From Clostridiales bacterium UBA3678 (GTDB taxonomy: Bacteria; Bacillota; Clostridia; TANB77; CAG-508), in the NCBI GenBank assembly GCA_002372935.1, contig DFJF01000007.1:86019-150018 (forward strand): a DNA stretch of 64,000 nucleotides, read 5' to 3'. The position numbers were made by a program, and so were the translations under genes. This document shows, piece after piece, positions 62,548-64,000 of the stretch (position 1 is its first letter; the number at the start of each line of letters is the position of its first letter). The notes under the pieces are model-generated. The model was not told where the DNA came from and searched no databases. It saw only the letters and a program-made list of their open reading frames with translations.

Positions 62548-63792
62548 ATGAATAATCTTGTAAAAAAACTAATAATATTAAGTATGTTATCTATAATATT
62601 TTTATATAGTAACATTAGTTTGGCAGCATCTATGAACGAGTTAAAAAATGAAAAAAATAATGTATCTAGTAGCATTTCAGAAACAGAGAAAGAATTAGAT
62701 GATATTTCAGATGAAAAATCTGAAACATTAGAACAAGTGGAGAAACTTATTACACAAATTTCAGATTATAAATCAGAAATTGATGAATTAAACACTAATA
62801 TTTCAAATTTAGAAACCAAAATATCTTCTACAGAAAAGAAAATAGCAGAAGATGAGGCAGAATACAAAAAAGAAGATGAAAAATTGAATGAAAGATTAGT
62901 TGCAATGTATCAATCTGGAGATACTACATATCTAGATTTCTTGCTATCATCTGCAAGTATAGTAGATTTTATTTCTAGTTATTATCTTGTATCAGAGGTC
63001 ACAGATTATGATACTAAAATGCTAGAAGAAATTGAAGAACATAAACAAAAAATAGAAAATGAGAAGGCAGAATTAGAAAATGATAAATCAGAACTAGAAA
63101 AGTCTAAAACAACAGTTCAATCAAAACAACAAGCTTTAGAAGTTGCTAAAAAGGAAAAAGATGAATACATAGACCAACTTACAGAAAAAGAAAAATCTGC
63201 ACAAGAAAAATTACAAGATTTGCAAGATACTAATGATGAATTAGACCAACAAATAAAAGAAGCTCAGGAAAAAATTGCTCAAGCAAGAGCAGCTGCTCAA
63301 GCAAGAGCAACAGCTAATACTGCAGGAAAAAATACTGGTATATCAACTACACACTATGCTCCTAGTTCAAGCACTGATACAAGTTCATCAGGATTTATCT
63401 GGCCAGTATATACAAGATATTCTGTTACAACAGGTTGGTACTATTCTTCTGGTAGCTTACATGGTGGAGTCGATTTCTCAGGTTCTGGAATTTGTGGCAC
63501 ACCGGTTTATGCAGTCTCTGATGGATATGTTGTTACATCTACAGCTAAAATGAGAAATGGTAAATATATAAGCTATGGAAATTATATTTTAATTGCACAT
63601 TATAATGGTTTATATACTTTATATGCACATTTAAGTTCAAGGAGTGTTTCAGCTGGGCAAACTGTTTCACAAGGTCAAGTAATTGGTACTGTTGGAAGTA
63701 CAGGGAACTCTTCAGGACCTCATTTACATTTTGAAGTTAGAACAAATGGTAAATTTGCTTCAAGAGTATATCCAATGAATTATTTACCATAA
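62548..63792 (+). CDS. Coiled-coil + M23 peptidase protein (EnvC/PcsB-like FtsEX partner)
   Basis: Signal peptide, long coiled coil, HGGVD, YAHL and GNSSGPHLHFE. Confidence 0.88.
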   Translation: MNNLVKKLIILSMLSIIFLYSNISLAASMNELKNEKNNVSSSISETEKELDDISDEKSETLEQVEKLITQISDYKSEIDELNTNISNLETKISSTEKKIAEDEAEYKKEDEKLNERLVAMYQSGDTTYLDFLLSSASIVDFISSYYLVSEVTDYDTKMLEEIEEHKQKIENEKAELENDKSELEKSKTTVQSKQQALEVAKKEKDEYIDQLTEKEKSAQEKLQDLQDTNDELDQQIKEAQEKIAQARAAAQARATANTAGKNTGISTTHYAPSSSTDTSSSGFIWPVYTRYSVTTGWYYSSGSLHGGVDFSGSGICGTPVYAVSDGYVVTSTAKMRNGKYISYGNYILIAHYNGLYTLYAHLSSRSVSAGQTVSQGQVIGTVGSTGNSSGPHLHFEVRTNGKFASRVYPMNYLP

Positions 63793-63905
63793 GACAACTA
63801 AAATAAAGTTATTTATGCTCAGAGCGGTAGGTGGCAAGCTCTGAGCAATTAAAAATTTAAAAACCTTTAAAAGGTGAAATTTTAAAAGTAAGGAATGATA
63901 AAAAA

Positions 63906-64000
63906 ATGGATGAAAATCAAAAATCAAAATCTAAAAATGTATATAAAATAATAATGTTAATCATTTTAACTGCATTTATAACCTTTATGGTAACATCATT
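63906..64000 (+). CDS. 5' end of a membrane-anchored protein (by synteny possibly an S41/CtpA peptidase)
   Basis: MDENQKSKSKNVYKIIMLIILTAFITFMVTS runs off the window edge. The product is guessed from gene order only. Confidence 0.4.
   Translation, partial: MDENQKSKSKNVYKIIMLIILTAFITFMVTS

Noticed and set aside
4414..63553. Numerous 60-170 aa ORFs antisense or out of frame to long genes (e.g. 47047..47571 -, 8446..8856 -, 36558..36866 -)
   Set aside because: They are shadows of well-supported genes, with no RBS or recognisable motifs.
63816..63847. GC-rich hairpin TGCTCAGAGC-N12-GCTCTGAGCA as a riboswitch or terminator
   Set aside because: It is a single stem without a U-tract or recognisable aptamer features, and it does not match the other repeats. 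Probably an mRNA-stabilising stem.

Overview
AT-rich chromosomal segment from a spore-forming, low-GC Firmicute, most likely Clostridia; almost all genes lie on the + strand. Housekeeping content includes lepA, pta-ackA, der, tsaD, recG, rho, hup, a YebC/PmpR gene, ftsEX with an M23 protein and a tRNA with a CAT anticodon. There is also a full spoIIIAA-AH operon, an ECF sigma/anti-sigma pair, a dlt-like cluster (adenylation enzyme, PLP decarboxylase, carrier protein, MBOAT, SGNH), ABC exporters, a cell-wall glycan locus and small accessory or remnant patches. The main observation is that six unrelated genes are each broken at an in-frame CGG codon: an ABC permease, the ECF sigma factor, the essential GTPase der, a zeta-toxin-like kinase, spoIIIAB and spoIIIAF. 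Each is restored by skipping the C, so that CGGN is read as one Gly, and in four cases this rebuilds a conserved family motif. I found no other single-base frameshift, and only one in-frame CGG that must be read normally. This points to lineage-wide +1 recoding at CGG (frameshifting or quadruplet-like reading), unless raw reads show a systematic C-insertion artefact. Secondary signals: SD-hairpin-AUG initiation regions on lepA and tsaD, a dispersed GGGACGGTTCT repeat, a 126-bp palindromic insert, shared C-terminal DEER tails and a tRNA-Gln 3' remnant.
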